A program made the translations under genes and the position numbers. 64,000 nucleotides of DNA. It comes from Lingula anatina. Its lineage: Eukaryota > Animalia > Brachiopoda. This document shows positions 13,801-25,900 of this stretch, in pieces (within the stretch, counting starts at the first letter, position 1; the number at the start of each line of letters is the position of its first letter). The notes beneath the pieces were generated by a model. That model made no database searches. It was not told the DNA's origin and saw only the letters and a program-made list of their open reading frames with translations. Where the stretch lies: contig CM120644.1 of the NCBI GenBank assembly GCA_051362555.1, forward strand, positions 11,554,567-11,618,566, given 5' to 3'.

Positions 13801-16800
13801 ACCTTTACTTCAAGGTCAAATGGGCCAAAATTTTCAAAAAAATGAAATTTTTTACGAAAAAAATTTTTTTTGCCCTGTTATTCAGACACTACACAGACTT
13901 AACCAATAATATTATTGGAAAGTGTTACCCTTCAGGTCATCTTTCATCATCATGAATTTGGGGTCAATCGGTGCATTTTCACGGGAGTAGCGGCCATAAG
14001 ATACCGAAACTGAAAACTGTCTCTAATTCGGGAACCGTTAATGCTAGAGACCCATTCTTTTTTGCATTTTGTAGAGCATGTAAAGCCCAACACTGGAGGT
14101 GGTCTTGGTTTTTTTGTATTCCATACGGTTTTCGAGTTACGCTGTATCAAAAAGTACATATTGGTGGTAAAAGCAAAATGTGCAGTACGGTAATGGATAA
14201 TAAATTTTGAACTCTGGAAAAATAAAACATAAGGCTTGGAAAAGCAGACAACTTGTGTTCAAAAATGACATTATTTCATCAAATTTGAACTTCTGAAACT
14301 TCAGAGCACCTCCTATTTCAAGAATTTTGACCAAAATGACATTTTCTTTATTTTAATTAATTTTTTCTGTACGAAATTTAAGGCACATTATGGTAACTCC
14401 AAAATTATAACATTTAGTCCCTTATGTCTCCAAAACTGGCAGAGATAGGTCCATAGTTACTATTGAAGTTGAATAGGAAGTCATATACTGGCTATCTTTC
14501 TGTGACCTTAAAATTGACCTTTGACCTACTTTTCACCATGAACTGAACTTTGCAAATTCTGCTTCCCTTTTATCTCCAAAACTGGCAGAGATAGGTCCAT
14601 AGTTACTATTGAACTTGAATAGGAAGTCATATACTGGCAATCTAAATGTGATCTTAAAATTGACCTTTGACCTACTTTTCACCATGAACTGAACTTTGCA
14701 AATTTTGCTTCCCTTTTATCTCCAAAACTGGCAGAGATAGGTCCGTAGTTACTATTGAACTTGAATAGAAAGTCATATACTGGCAATCTAAATGTGACCT
14801 TGAAATTGACCTTTGACCTTCTTTTCACCATGAATTGAACTTTGCAAATTTTGCTTTCCTTTTATCTCCAAAACTGGCAGAGATAGGTCCGTAGTTACTA
14901 TTGAACTTGAATAGGAAGTCATATACTGGCAATCTATATGTGACTTTAAAATTGACCTTTGACCTACTTTTCACCATGAACTGAACTTTGCAAATTTTGC
15001 TTCCCTTTTATCTCCAAAACTGGCAGAGATAGGTCCATAGTTACTATTGAACTTGAATAGGAAGTCATATACTGGCAATCTATATGTGACTTTAAAATTG
15101 ACCTTTGACCTACTTTTCACCATGAACTGAACTTTGCAAATTTTGCTTCCCTTTTATCTCCAAAACTGGCAGAGATAGGTCCATAGTTACTATTGAACTT
15201 GAATAGGAAGTCATATACTGGCAATCTATATGTGACCTTAAAATTGACCTTTGACCTACTTTTCACCATGAATTGAACTTTGCAAATTTTGCTTTCCTTT
15301 TATCTCCAAAACTGGCTGAGATAGGTCCGTAGTTACTATTGAACTTGAATAGAAAGTCATATACTGGCAATCTAAATGTGACCTTGAAATTGACCTTTGA
15401 CCTACTTTTCACCATGAATTGAACTTTGCAAATTTTGCTTTCCTTTTATCTCCAAAACTGGCAGAGATAGGTCCGTAGTTACTATTGAACTTGAATAGGA
15501 AGTCATATACTGGCAATTTACTGTGACCTTGAAATTGACCCTTGACCTATCTTACATCTTACGAAGAACTTAAATTTGATTGTACCATATATATTTTTTG
15601 CAAAAGTTTAAAAATTCTTGTTGATTGCATTTTTACAGCTTGTCAAGCACAAAACTGGTGGCTGTGTCCCTTATTTTGTGTATGTGGGGGTCTATACGAA
15701 TGCGCTTGCTCCAGCTGGTGGTACAATATTCGGAGGCGGTATCGCCTCTCTGATCCTCTAGTTTGAAATACCTTTATCATATTTATTCATCATGTTTTTC
15801 CCTTTCAGTCAATGTGTTTGTATTCACCTCTCAAACAATATGGAAAAATTTAACATTCTAGTGTGAGTATAACCTGATGACAATTAAAAAATGTAATAAA
15901 AAGCAGATTGTAGTTATGGAATACAGACTGACTGGAATGAATAGTTGTAACAGTGAAAGCTTTATTTTCCCCCTTAATTTTTTTAACCAACTGTAATGAA
16001 TTTGTAATGAAATATTAGACTTTTATCATCTTGAGTTAAAAGTTGTGGTATGTTGTTGTTTAAAAATGTATTTAAGGTATATGACCAGTAATTAGTTCTC
16101 CTTTGCCAAAGGGGATTAATTATTATCACTGTTTCTGTTACAATTGTTTTTAAGATATTTGACAAGAAAGTTGTTTGCTTTTGTCAAAAGGAAATTATAA
16201 TTGTTAATACAATAATTAATGTATTTCAGATACATGACAAGAAAGTTGTTTGCTTTTGCCAAAGGAGAGTGTGCCGCTGAGAGTGCAGACAACCCCATGT
16301 TTCAGGAAGTGTTGCTAGGTGGCCATCTTTTCTTTATGGTGCTAAAGGTAAATTTGAAATTGTGTGTTTTTAACTAAACAGATGACAGCGAATTGAAAAT
16401 GCCTGTAAAATTGTTTGCATAAAATTTTTGCACAATTAAATGTTGTAAGTTTGGGATTTTTTTGTTTAAATTTAAAGAACTCTAGATAAATCTCATAAAT
16501 GTATTTCACAATTTCTTTTTAAAGAATATTTTGAGAAATAATGCCTTTCAAAATTTAACCTTGCCCATGTACTATGTATGAAATTTGGAAAAGATAAGCA
16601 TGATTGTTGTAATAGAAAATTTAAAAAATGAAATATTTTTAAAATTGAAACTGTACTGTAGATTTAATGGAAATTTCTTGTAACAATGCAGGAAAAAATA
16701 GAAGGATGGCTGGGATCACTGCGGTACTGCATAGAGCGAAAAGCAAAAGCCAAGGGGCAAGAGTACACTTTGAACCAAGGTAACTTTGATTTCACCCATG

Positions 16801-19800
16801 ATTAAGACAGGGATGTTATTCTGCTTACCATTCCCTTACTTTGGAAGATGTGTTCTTTATAAATGCTTTGCGGCTTCTGCCCTGCATTGAAATGCTGTGC
16901 TTTGTTTAGATTTAAATATTAGATAATGATTTTGAATGAGAGGACACTTAGAATTGATAAGTATGATTATAAAAGCTGTTTCTGTCAATTTATTAAATTC
17001 TTTTGTTTCTGATAATGCTTGTCTTACCAGAATGTAAAATGTACTATTGCTAAGAACAGTAACCACATATTCCAGCCTTGTAATTATTGTACCACCAGCG
17101 TTAGCGCTGGCGGTACACATGGTTTCGGTCCCGTCCGGATCGTTCCGCCGGCTCCGCCGGCTCCGCCGGACGGCTACCGTTACCGCTTCTCCTCCTAGAC
17201 GGTAAGGGCCCCCGTACCCATCTCATGGATTTAGGTCACCTATAATCTCAACTCGTTCCACGTAAAATTTGGGCTTTGTCGGTATTGGGGTCTGGGTGTG
17301 GCACTCATTACAATGCACCCTTGTCTAAAAATGGCAAAATTAAATGCTAATTATCTACCCTACGGAAGGAGTTATGGGAAAAATTTCTATAGACGGCTTT
17401 CCAAAAGTCATATGTGTAGATTTCAAATATACCCTTGGATTTGACCTTTGACCTTTACTTTTAATTTTCAAAAAAATGAAATTTTTTACGAAAAAAAATT
17501 TTTTTGCCCTGTTATTCAGACACTACACAGACTTAACCAATAATATTATTGGAAAGTGTTACCCTTCAGGTCATATTTCATCTCCATGAATTTGGGGTCA
17601 ATCGGTGCATTTTCACGGGAGTAGCGGCCATAAGATACCGAAACTGAAAACTGTCTCTAATTCGGGAACCGTTAATGCTAGAGACCCATTCTTTTTTGCA
17701 TTTTGTAGAGCATGTAAAGCCCAACACTGGAGGTGGTCTCGGTTTTTTTGTATTCCATACGGTTTTTGAGTTACGCTGTATCAAAAAGTACATATTGGTG
17801 GTAAAAGCAAAATGTGCAGTACAGTAATGGATAATAAACTTTGAACTCTGGAAAAATAAAACATAAGGCTTGGCAAAGCAGACAACTTGTGTTCAAAAAT
17901 GACATTATTTCATCAAATTTGAACTTCTGAAACTTCAGAGCACCTCCTATTTTAAGAATTTTGACCAAAATGACATTTTCTTTATTTTAATTAATTTTTT
18001 CTGTACGAAATTTAAGGCACATTATGGTTACTCCAAAATTATAACATTTAGTCCCTTATATCTCCAAAACTGGCAGAGATAGGTCCATAGTTACTATTGA
18101 AGGTGAATAGGAAGTCATATACTGGCTATCTTACTGTGACCTTGAAATTGACCTTTGACCTACTTTTCACCATGAACTGAACTTTGCAAATTTTGCTTCC
18201 CTTTTATCTCCAAAACTGGCAGAGATAGGTCCATAGTTACTATTGAACTTGAATAGGAAGTCATATACTGGCAATCTAAATGTGATCTTAAAATTGACCT
18301 TTGACCTACTTTTCACCATGAACTGAACTTTGCAAATTTTGCTTCCCTTTTATCTCCAAAACTGGCTGAGATAGGTCCATAGTTACTCTTGAACTTGAAT
18401 AGAAAGTCATATACTGGCAATCTAAATGTGACCTTGAAATTGACCTTTGACCTACTTTTCACCATGAATTGAACTTTGCAAATTTTGCTTTCCTTTTATC
18501 TCCAAAACTGGCAGAGATAGGTCCATAGTTACTATTGAACTTGAATAGGAAGTCATATACTGGCAATCTATATGTGACCTTAAAATTGACCTTTGACCTA
18601 CTTTTCACCATGAATTGAACTTTGCAAATTTTGCTTTCCTTTTATCTCCAAAACTGGCAGAGATAGCTCCATAGTTACTATTGAACTTGAATAGGAAGTC
18701 ATATACTGGCAATCTAAATGTGACCTTAAAATTGACCTTTGACCTACTTTACACCATGAACTGAACTTTGCAAATTTTGCTTTTCTTTTATCTCCAAAAC
18801 TGGCTGAGATAGGTCCATAGTTACTATTGAACTTGAATAGAAAGTCATATACTGGCAATCTAAATGTGACCTTGAAATTGACCTTTGACCTACTTTTCAC
18901 CATGAATTGAACTTTGCAAATTTTGCTTTCCTTTTATCTCCAAAACTGGCAGAGATAGGTCCGTAGTTACTATTGAACTTGAATAGGAAGTCATATACTG
19001 GCAATCTATATGTGACCTTAAAATTGACCTTTGACCTACTTTTCACCATGAATTGAACTTTGCAAATTTTGCTTTCCTTTTATCTCCAAAACTGGCAGAG
19101 ATAGGTCCGTAGTTACTATTGAACTTGAATAGGAAGTCATATACTGGCAATCTAAATGTGATCTTAAAATTGACCTTTGACCTACTTTTCACCATGAACT
19201 GAACTTTGCAAATTTTTCTTCCCTTTTATCTCCAAAACTGGCAGAGTTAGGTCCATAGTTACTATTGAACTTGAATAGGAAGTCATATACTGGCAATCTA
19301 AATGTGACCTTAAAATTGACCTTTGACCTACTTTACACCATGAACTGAATTTTGCAAATTTTGCTTTTCTTTTATCTCCAAAACTGGCTGAGATAGGTCC
19401 GTAGTTACTATTGAACTTGAATAGAAAGTCAGATACTGGCAATCTAAATGTGACCTTAAAATTGACCTTTGACCTACTTTTCACCATAAACTGAACTTTG
19501 CAAATTTTGCTTCCCTTTTATCTCCAAAACTGGCAGAGATAGGTCCATAGTTACTATTGAACTTGAATAGGAAGTCAGATACTGGCAATCTAAATGTGAC
19601 CTTAAAATTGACCTTTGACCTACTTTTCACCATGAACTGAACTTTGCAAATTTTGCTTTCCTTTTGTCTCCAAAACTGGCAGAGATAGGTCCATAGTTAC
19701 TCTTGAACTTGAATAGGAAGTCATATACTGGCAATTTACTGTGACCTTGAAATTGACCCTTGACCTATCTTACGAAGAACTTAAATTTGATTGTACCATA

Positions 19801-22800
19801 TATATTTTTTGCAAAAGTTTAAAAATTCTTGTTGATTGCATTTTTACAGCTTGTCAAGCACAAAACTGGTGGCTGTGTCCCTTATTTTGTGTATGTGGGG
19901 GTCTATACGAATGCGCTTGCTCCAGCTGGTGGTACAATATTCGGAGGCGGTATCGCCTCTCTGATCCTCTAGTTATAATATGATTGCTAATATTTGGTAT
20001 AGCTTATATATACATAATATCATATTTAATTCAATAATTTTTCATATTTACTTAATATGAGGTTCTTTTTTCTAGCTTCATTCAATGATGCCTGTAGACA
20101 TGCGAGTGAGGTGACCCGCCCTATGGAGTACCTGCTGGCCACGGGGAACCTGGTCTCCAAGACAGGACTGGGGCTGATGCAGGTAAGGGACAACCCCCTC
20201 TCCCTCCTTACTTTACCCCCTTGTCCACTGCTCTTGTCCTTTCACTCTGGTATGTACAGTCCTAATATTATATATGTGTGCATTTTTTCCATCTACCATA
20301 AGAAGATTAGATACAATTATAACGTCAGAAAATACAATAGAGGGAGTGTGATAATGATAGGGTCGCTAAACGATTTTGACGGAATATAGTGACTAGCCTA
20401 ATCCCCTTGCCGCCTGGGTAGGCACGCCCCCTTAGAGTACTTATGTAAACAAAAGGTCTTCCATAGAGAACTGTCCTTTTGTTCAACAGCTTCGCGCGTG
20501 CAGCGGATTATATATATATAGTGACACTATACAGCTAACTGCAGTTAAATCTGTGAAAGCTGTTATTTGATTTATTCTTGTCTGAAGATTGGTGATGCAT
20601 ACTTTGAGTGCTTAATTATTTCCCTCCTTCTTACAACAGAAAGGAAAAAGGGAGAGAAACAGAGACAGTGTCAAAAAAGGGTAAAGACCAATATAATACA
20701 TTAATTAAGGGACTCGCGGTGGAAGAAACGATAGACTGTTTTGCATCAGGATATGTAATTATAATCCCACATGGCCCATTGCATATACGGCCGTACTTTA
20801 AATACATTACTCATAGTTGTATTAAATTACGTTATTTTGCTGAATAGACATACATTTTAAAGTTGGTCTTTCAGGAAATCGTTTTGTTTGAAATAACACA
20901 AACGACAGAGGTAAATCACATATAAATTTATTTTGCAATAAATAACTTTATATTTAAGGTCCATCTACACTGATTGTGAGCTATTACAGAATGTATTGTC
21001 AAGTTAATAGCTTAAATGTTGATCTTCACTATTTGCTTTTCATAGTTAGAGAATAAAAAAGTATATGACAGGGAGTTATTGACTACAAGTTTAATTCTTA
21101 AGAAGCAACATGAGTAGCAGCTGTTTTAAAGTTGGTAAAAGAGGGCACGTGGTTTGGTGAGTTCATTACACGATGTTATTCAATGTTTCTACCACGTGTT
21201 TATCACCCAAAAGACAATATAACAAAAACAAATAAATGTGTGATCCGTACGGAAAATTGAATAATTTCTTGTGAGTTTTTATGAAAAATAAGTCGGTGAA
21301 TAAACGGTGATCTTCAGTGTTGCTCTTCACGAAGCTTGCGCTTTCGCTCTTCATAAAATCGCAACCCTCTGTTCGCTTGGTTCATCGCAGCGATGCAGCT
21401 TTTCCAGCATTCTGCAGGTCTGGTTGCGTATAATGCCTCCATCCATTGCCTTATCATTTGCAACCGATCTCGGCACAAGGGTTTCTTTTTTCCCCCACCC
21501 TTAGATGAACCTGCCATGTTTTTGTTTTTGTCCATTCTTTCTTCTCTAGAAAATAGTTTTTCCATTAGCATAACGCAAAACCTCTGGGGTCCGCTGGCCT
21601 TAACTTTCAAGTCCAACATTTCCTTCATATCAACAGGTTGCGTAGTTGTGTTGTGCATGTTGTTGTTGTTGTTGCTTGCATGTCTTGACTGCATGTCTTG
21701 TGCTTGCATGTGAGGGGTGTACTGTACAGGTGGGTATGGTATATGTTGTGTATTGCTTGTGTAACGTGGATAATTGGGTGGTGGGTAGAGGTGTTGGTAA
21801 TAAGGGAACAGTGCGGTTGGGTTGCTAGGTAGTGGCCTTGTGGAAGGGGTCAACATACCATGCCGTGTTGTTGAGGGACGTGGCGGAGGACTAGGGTAGG
21901 CGGGAGGGGGAGTTGGGCTACAGAGAGGAGATAAATCACAGGGCGTGGCAGGTGCAGGGGGGTTCTGTGGTGTGAAAAGGGAAGGGCGACGGCTTGGATG
22001 CAGGGGAGGCAGGTCACAGGGCGTGGCAGGTGCAGGGATGTTATGTGGTGTGAAAAGGGAAGGGCGACGGCTTGGTTGCAGGGGAGGCAGGTCACAGGGC
22101 GTGGCAGGTGCAGGGGTGTTCTGTGGTGTGAAAAGGGAAGGGCGACGGCTTGGTTGCAGGGGAGGCAGGTCACAGGGCGTGGCAGGTGCAGGGATGTTAT
22201 GTGGTGGGTGGTATAATGGGCTGGGTTGAACGAGGGGTGATCCTGGTCCGACAGAAAATGGAGTTGTAGATAAAAGGACGTTAGCTGGTGCACGTTGAAC
22301 TTTTGGTGTTGAGGTGAGAGGCTGTGGTAAAGGACAGGCAGTTGATGTGGAGATTATAGAAGAATTCAGATGTGAAGGTGCTGTAGCAGTTGTAGGAGTA
22401 AGAGCCAAGTGGAAAGAAGAGGTGGAAGAATCATTTAGAGAAATACCAGAGACCCGAGTAAAAGAAAGATTCAATAAAGAGTGCGTCGTGTGTGGAAATG
22501 GAGAGAGTGGTTTGTGATGCGGTGTAGGTGTCGTTGGTGGTGGTGTAGGTATAGTTTCTGGTTTAGATGTGTTGTGATTTGTTTGTGCTGACTGTAACAC
22601 GGGTAACATTTCTAATATGAAGTCCAGTTTCCTGTTTATTTCTGTTAGCTGCTCTTGAATGGGAGCTGGTTCTGGTTGGCTGGCTGGTTTTGGTTGTGGT
22701 TCTATCCTCTCCTCACATGCCTTGCCGCGGGCAATCATGAAGGCTGCCTGTAAGAACAAGGGATTCAGTGTGAATCAAGTACATTCAATAAGAGCGTGTG

Positions 22801-22935
22801 TTGGATTTAATAAGGATAGGCCCTAATGAATTTAATTGAATCTCAAAAATACACAAATATCTGTTGAAGTGGAAAACGCCACAGTTGATGAAACTAACAA
22901 ATTTTATTTGATCAACCACTTACACCCCCCCCCCC

Positions 22936-22968
<33 letters not shown>

Positions 22969-25900
22969 AATGAAAAGCTACTGCCAGAAGTCCGTCTAGC
23001 CAAACACACGCAGCGGCTACTTACCTTTTTGGCCACTTTCTTTGTCTTTGAAACTTTTCTTTTCTTCTTAGGAGGTTGAACTGGAGATGGCTCTGATACC
23101 TGACTGACGCTAGTACTCTGTGCTATCTGCTTCTCCTTCGCTGTCGCCACGGAATGGGAGTCTGCAAAATAATTCTGAACATAAGTAACATGCACATAAC
23201 TTTTTTTTTTTGTATTCTAGTCAACGCCAGCATCATTGTACGACTTATGAAAAGAGAATTGCCAAATATAATATTCAAACAAGTAAAGGTATGACTAAAC
23301 ATACTTGACATAAAAATGACTTTTCCTTCCATCTGTACGTCTGCACCACCACCTTTGTCAGGCCACAGGAATGTTATTTTGCTTCCAACGGCAATCCTTT
23401 CTTTTGAACTGAGCTTGGCGGTCCTCATAGCAGTGACTCCTCCATCTTGCCATTGCACCACTGAATATTCGTCTAAAAACAAATCAAAAATATTTTTTTC
23501 TAATTTATCCAACATTTCTTTTAAAACACTAAGACTATTATGATAAAATTCTGAAAAAAAAAACAACATATCTATTGTAATACGCGCTTGATATCATTTC
23601 TTAAACAAGCAAAACCAATCCCTTTACACTAGTAAGATTGGTACTGATAAAGATACGCCTACCCATTCACATTGCTTACATAAAGAAATTTTGACCAGGA
23701 AGTTAGGTGGCCCAAAATATGCCAAAAATCAGTAAATCATGTTCAACCTCAAATACTGCTATATGTATTGTCAATGGTTATTTAGATTTGTATTGAACAA
23801 GAATATTATATTTGGCAATGTAACCACCTTGCGACCGTTAGACAAGTTCCATTAAAAAAATCAGTATACCCCCATTTTTCAAAGCGTCCAAAGGTTAATG
23901 CGGTAAACATATTTAAATTAAATGAGGTGCATTGACAGAGGCGCAAGGACATATCCGCCCCCTCTCTGGACAATGGAAGGGAGAGCATCGCAAACAATGG
24001 GGGCGTAACTGGAAGCGACGCTCGGAGGATTATATGTTTGACGCGTGGATTAATTACAGCCTGGGTCATGCATTCGTCACTTCAAATAACGAGACATAAT
24101 TAGAGCTCGGTAGCTGTAAGATCGTCACCGGTATCGCACTGTTGGTGTCACCTACACAGTATAAGGATATCTGTGCCGACTTATATTTTACTCTCGTTCA
24201 TTACTTGAAACTAGTTCCTTAAGTATAATTTTACCTGTATAAATTAACTTTGTGACATGAAGAAATTAATAAAATACGCCTGTTGGGCCTTTTCGTGACT
24301 TATACAGGTGCTCTGTCAGGCAGGTAAGTTGTTCAGAAAAACATCGTCGAAGTATTGGACTTCTTTGCCTTAAAAACAATTCATTTCGAATTCAAAAGAG
24401 CTTTTTTTTGGGGGGGGGGGGGGCGTGGAGGGGGGGGGGCATAGTAAACGTCGGTGATTCGTTAAAGCCGAGGAGTGTTTCACTATCAAATATGTTAATC
24501 ATATGCATAAAAACACTACAAAGGTTTTTTTTTTGTTACGATCTGCAACATTTGTTTATTTATGTAGCAGGGCAAAGTAAGCGCCAGAGTTTAATAGTAA
24601 CTCATTCCGTAAGCCTTCTTGCACATTTATTCAATCGTATCAAAACGTTTGATACACAATGTTTACTAGCGTCATAATTTTGGCGATTTATTAAAACTAT
24701 ATTTGTACAAAGTAGGTAAGCATAAGTTAAGCAACAACCAGTATGAAGAACAACTCCCTCATAAATGAGGCAAGACAGCCTCTTCACACTGATTATAACC
24801 TTGATAAAGACGCAAGGCATAGGAGTTATGTAAACTCGCGAGTGAAAACATTCTTTGTCACGTTTACAAGACAATGGAGGCGAGCAAGTGGAGTAATTAC
24901 AATATACAGTCAAAGAGAATTTAGTTTTGAACGCTTACTGTAGGGTCAGCCATTTGTTTGTTTGAAGGAAACAGATAGATATTGCGACACGAATCCTTTT
25001 ATTTAACCATTCATGAGTTTGAGTAAAAGTGTGAAAGACAGGCAACGACCTTGAGTCGCTGTTGATATTGTTCACAATTAATATTGGAGTAGACCTCCTT
25101 CGCCTTCATGTAAACAGACAATGCGCTGAGATCGATTAAAGTGGAGGTTCATCTGAAAAAATTAGATGAGATTTTTGTGAAATGACTTTAAGTGCTGTGC
25201 ATGTACCTAACATATTTAAATTATTGATTTTTTTAATTTGAAATATCAGGCCATACTCATTTTATTGTGTTACACGGGACTCTTGGATACCTAAAGCTCA
25301 GGGTATTGTGAAAGTTAATTGGCTACAGAGTCTTGTTATCCTTCATGCAGTTTTATAGCTGGGATGAACTAGAAACAGGCTTTACTTATTAGCTTTACTT
25401 AATTTACGACAATTTTAACAAAATCAGTCTGCAAGGCTTGCTTTGACTTGGTGTTAACCTGACATTGGTTTTAAAAGAACAAATATAGTTAGAGGGTTCA
25501 GTGTAGGTGTTTCCTCGGATGATAGCCGCACTCACCCTAGGTCTAAGGAGTTGACTAGAAGCTTTTTGTCCAAGCATCCTATTTCTACTACTTCTACTAA
25601 TAACCCTTAACCAAGGTTAATGCGGTAAAACTATTTAAACTAAATGAAGTACATTGACAGAGGCACTAGTACATTCCAACGCCAACGTGCAATAGGGGAC
25701 AGTCTGACAGTGCATCACATAATATATGGAAGTATGGTCAATTAACAGTGTAAGACAGTAAAAGAGGAGGGGGTATTACTATCTATTGTTAAACGCGACT
25801 GTTATTATCTCTCGAACAAGCTTAAACCATGCCTATACAATTACTGTGTCTCCGGCTGTCATGCAGAAACGTCATGTCGAGCTTATTTTGCTACAGTTAC

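Noticed and set aside
9215-19770. Regular 146-bp repeats as a CRISPR array
   Set aside because: The monomers are head-to-tail with no unique spacers, there are no cas genes, and the context is eukaryotic introns.
8136-19983. Recurrent short ORFs (MYFLIQRN..., MVKILK..., MVKSRSKV..., MHFHGSSG...)
   Set aside because: They recur only because the non-coding element is multi-copy. Stops and frames differ among copies, and no Rep/helicase motifs are present.
21393-22517. Several overlapping ORFs around the 78-bp repeat
   Set aside because: Antisense or alternative frames of the BEN gene's low-complexity exon.
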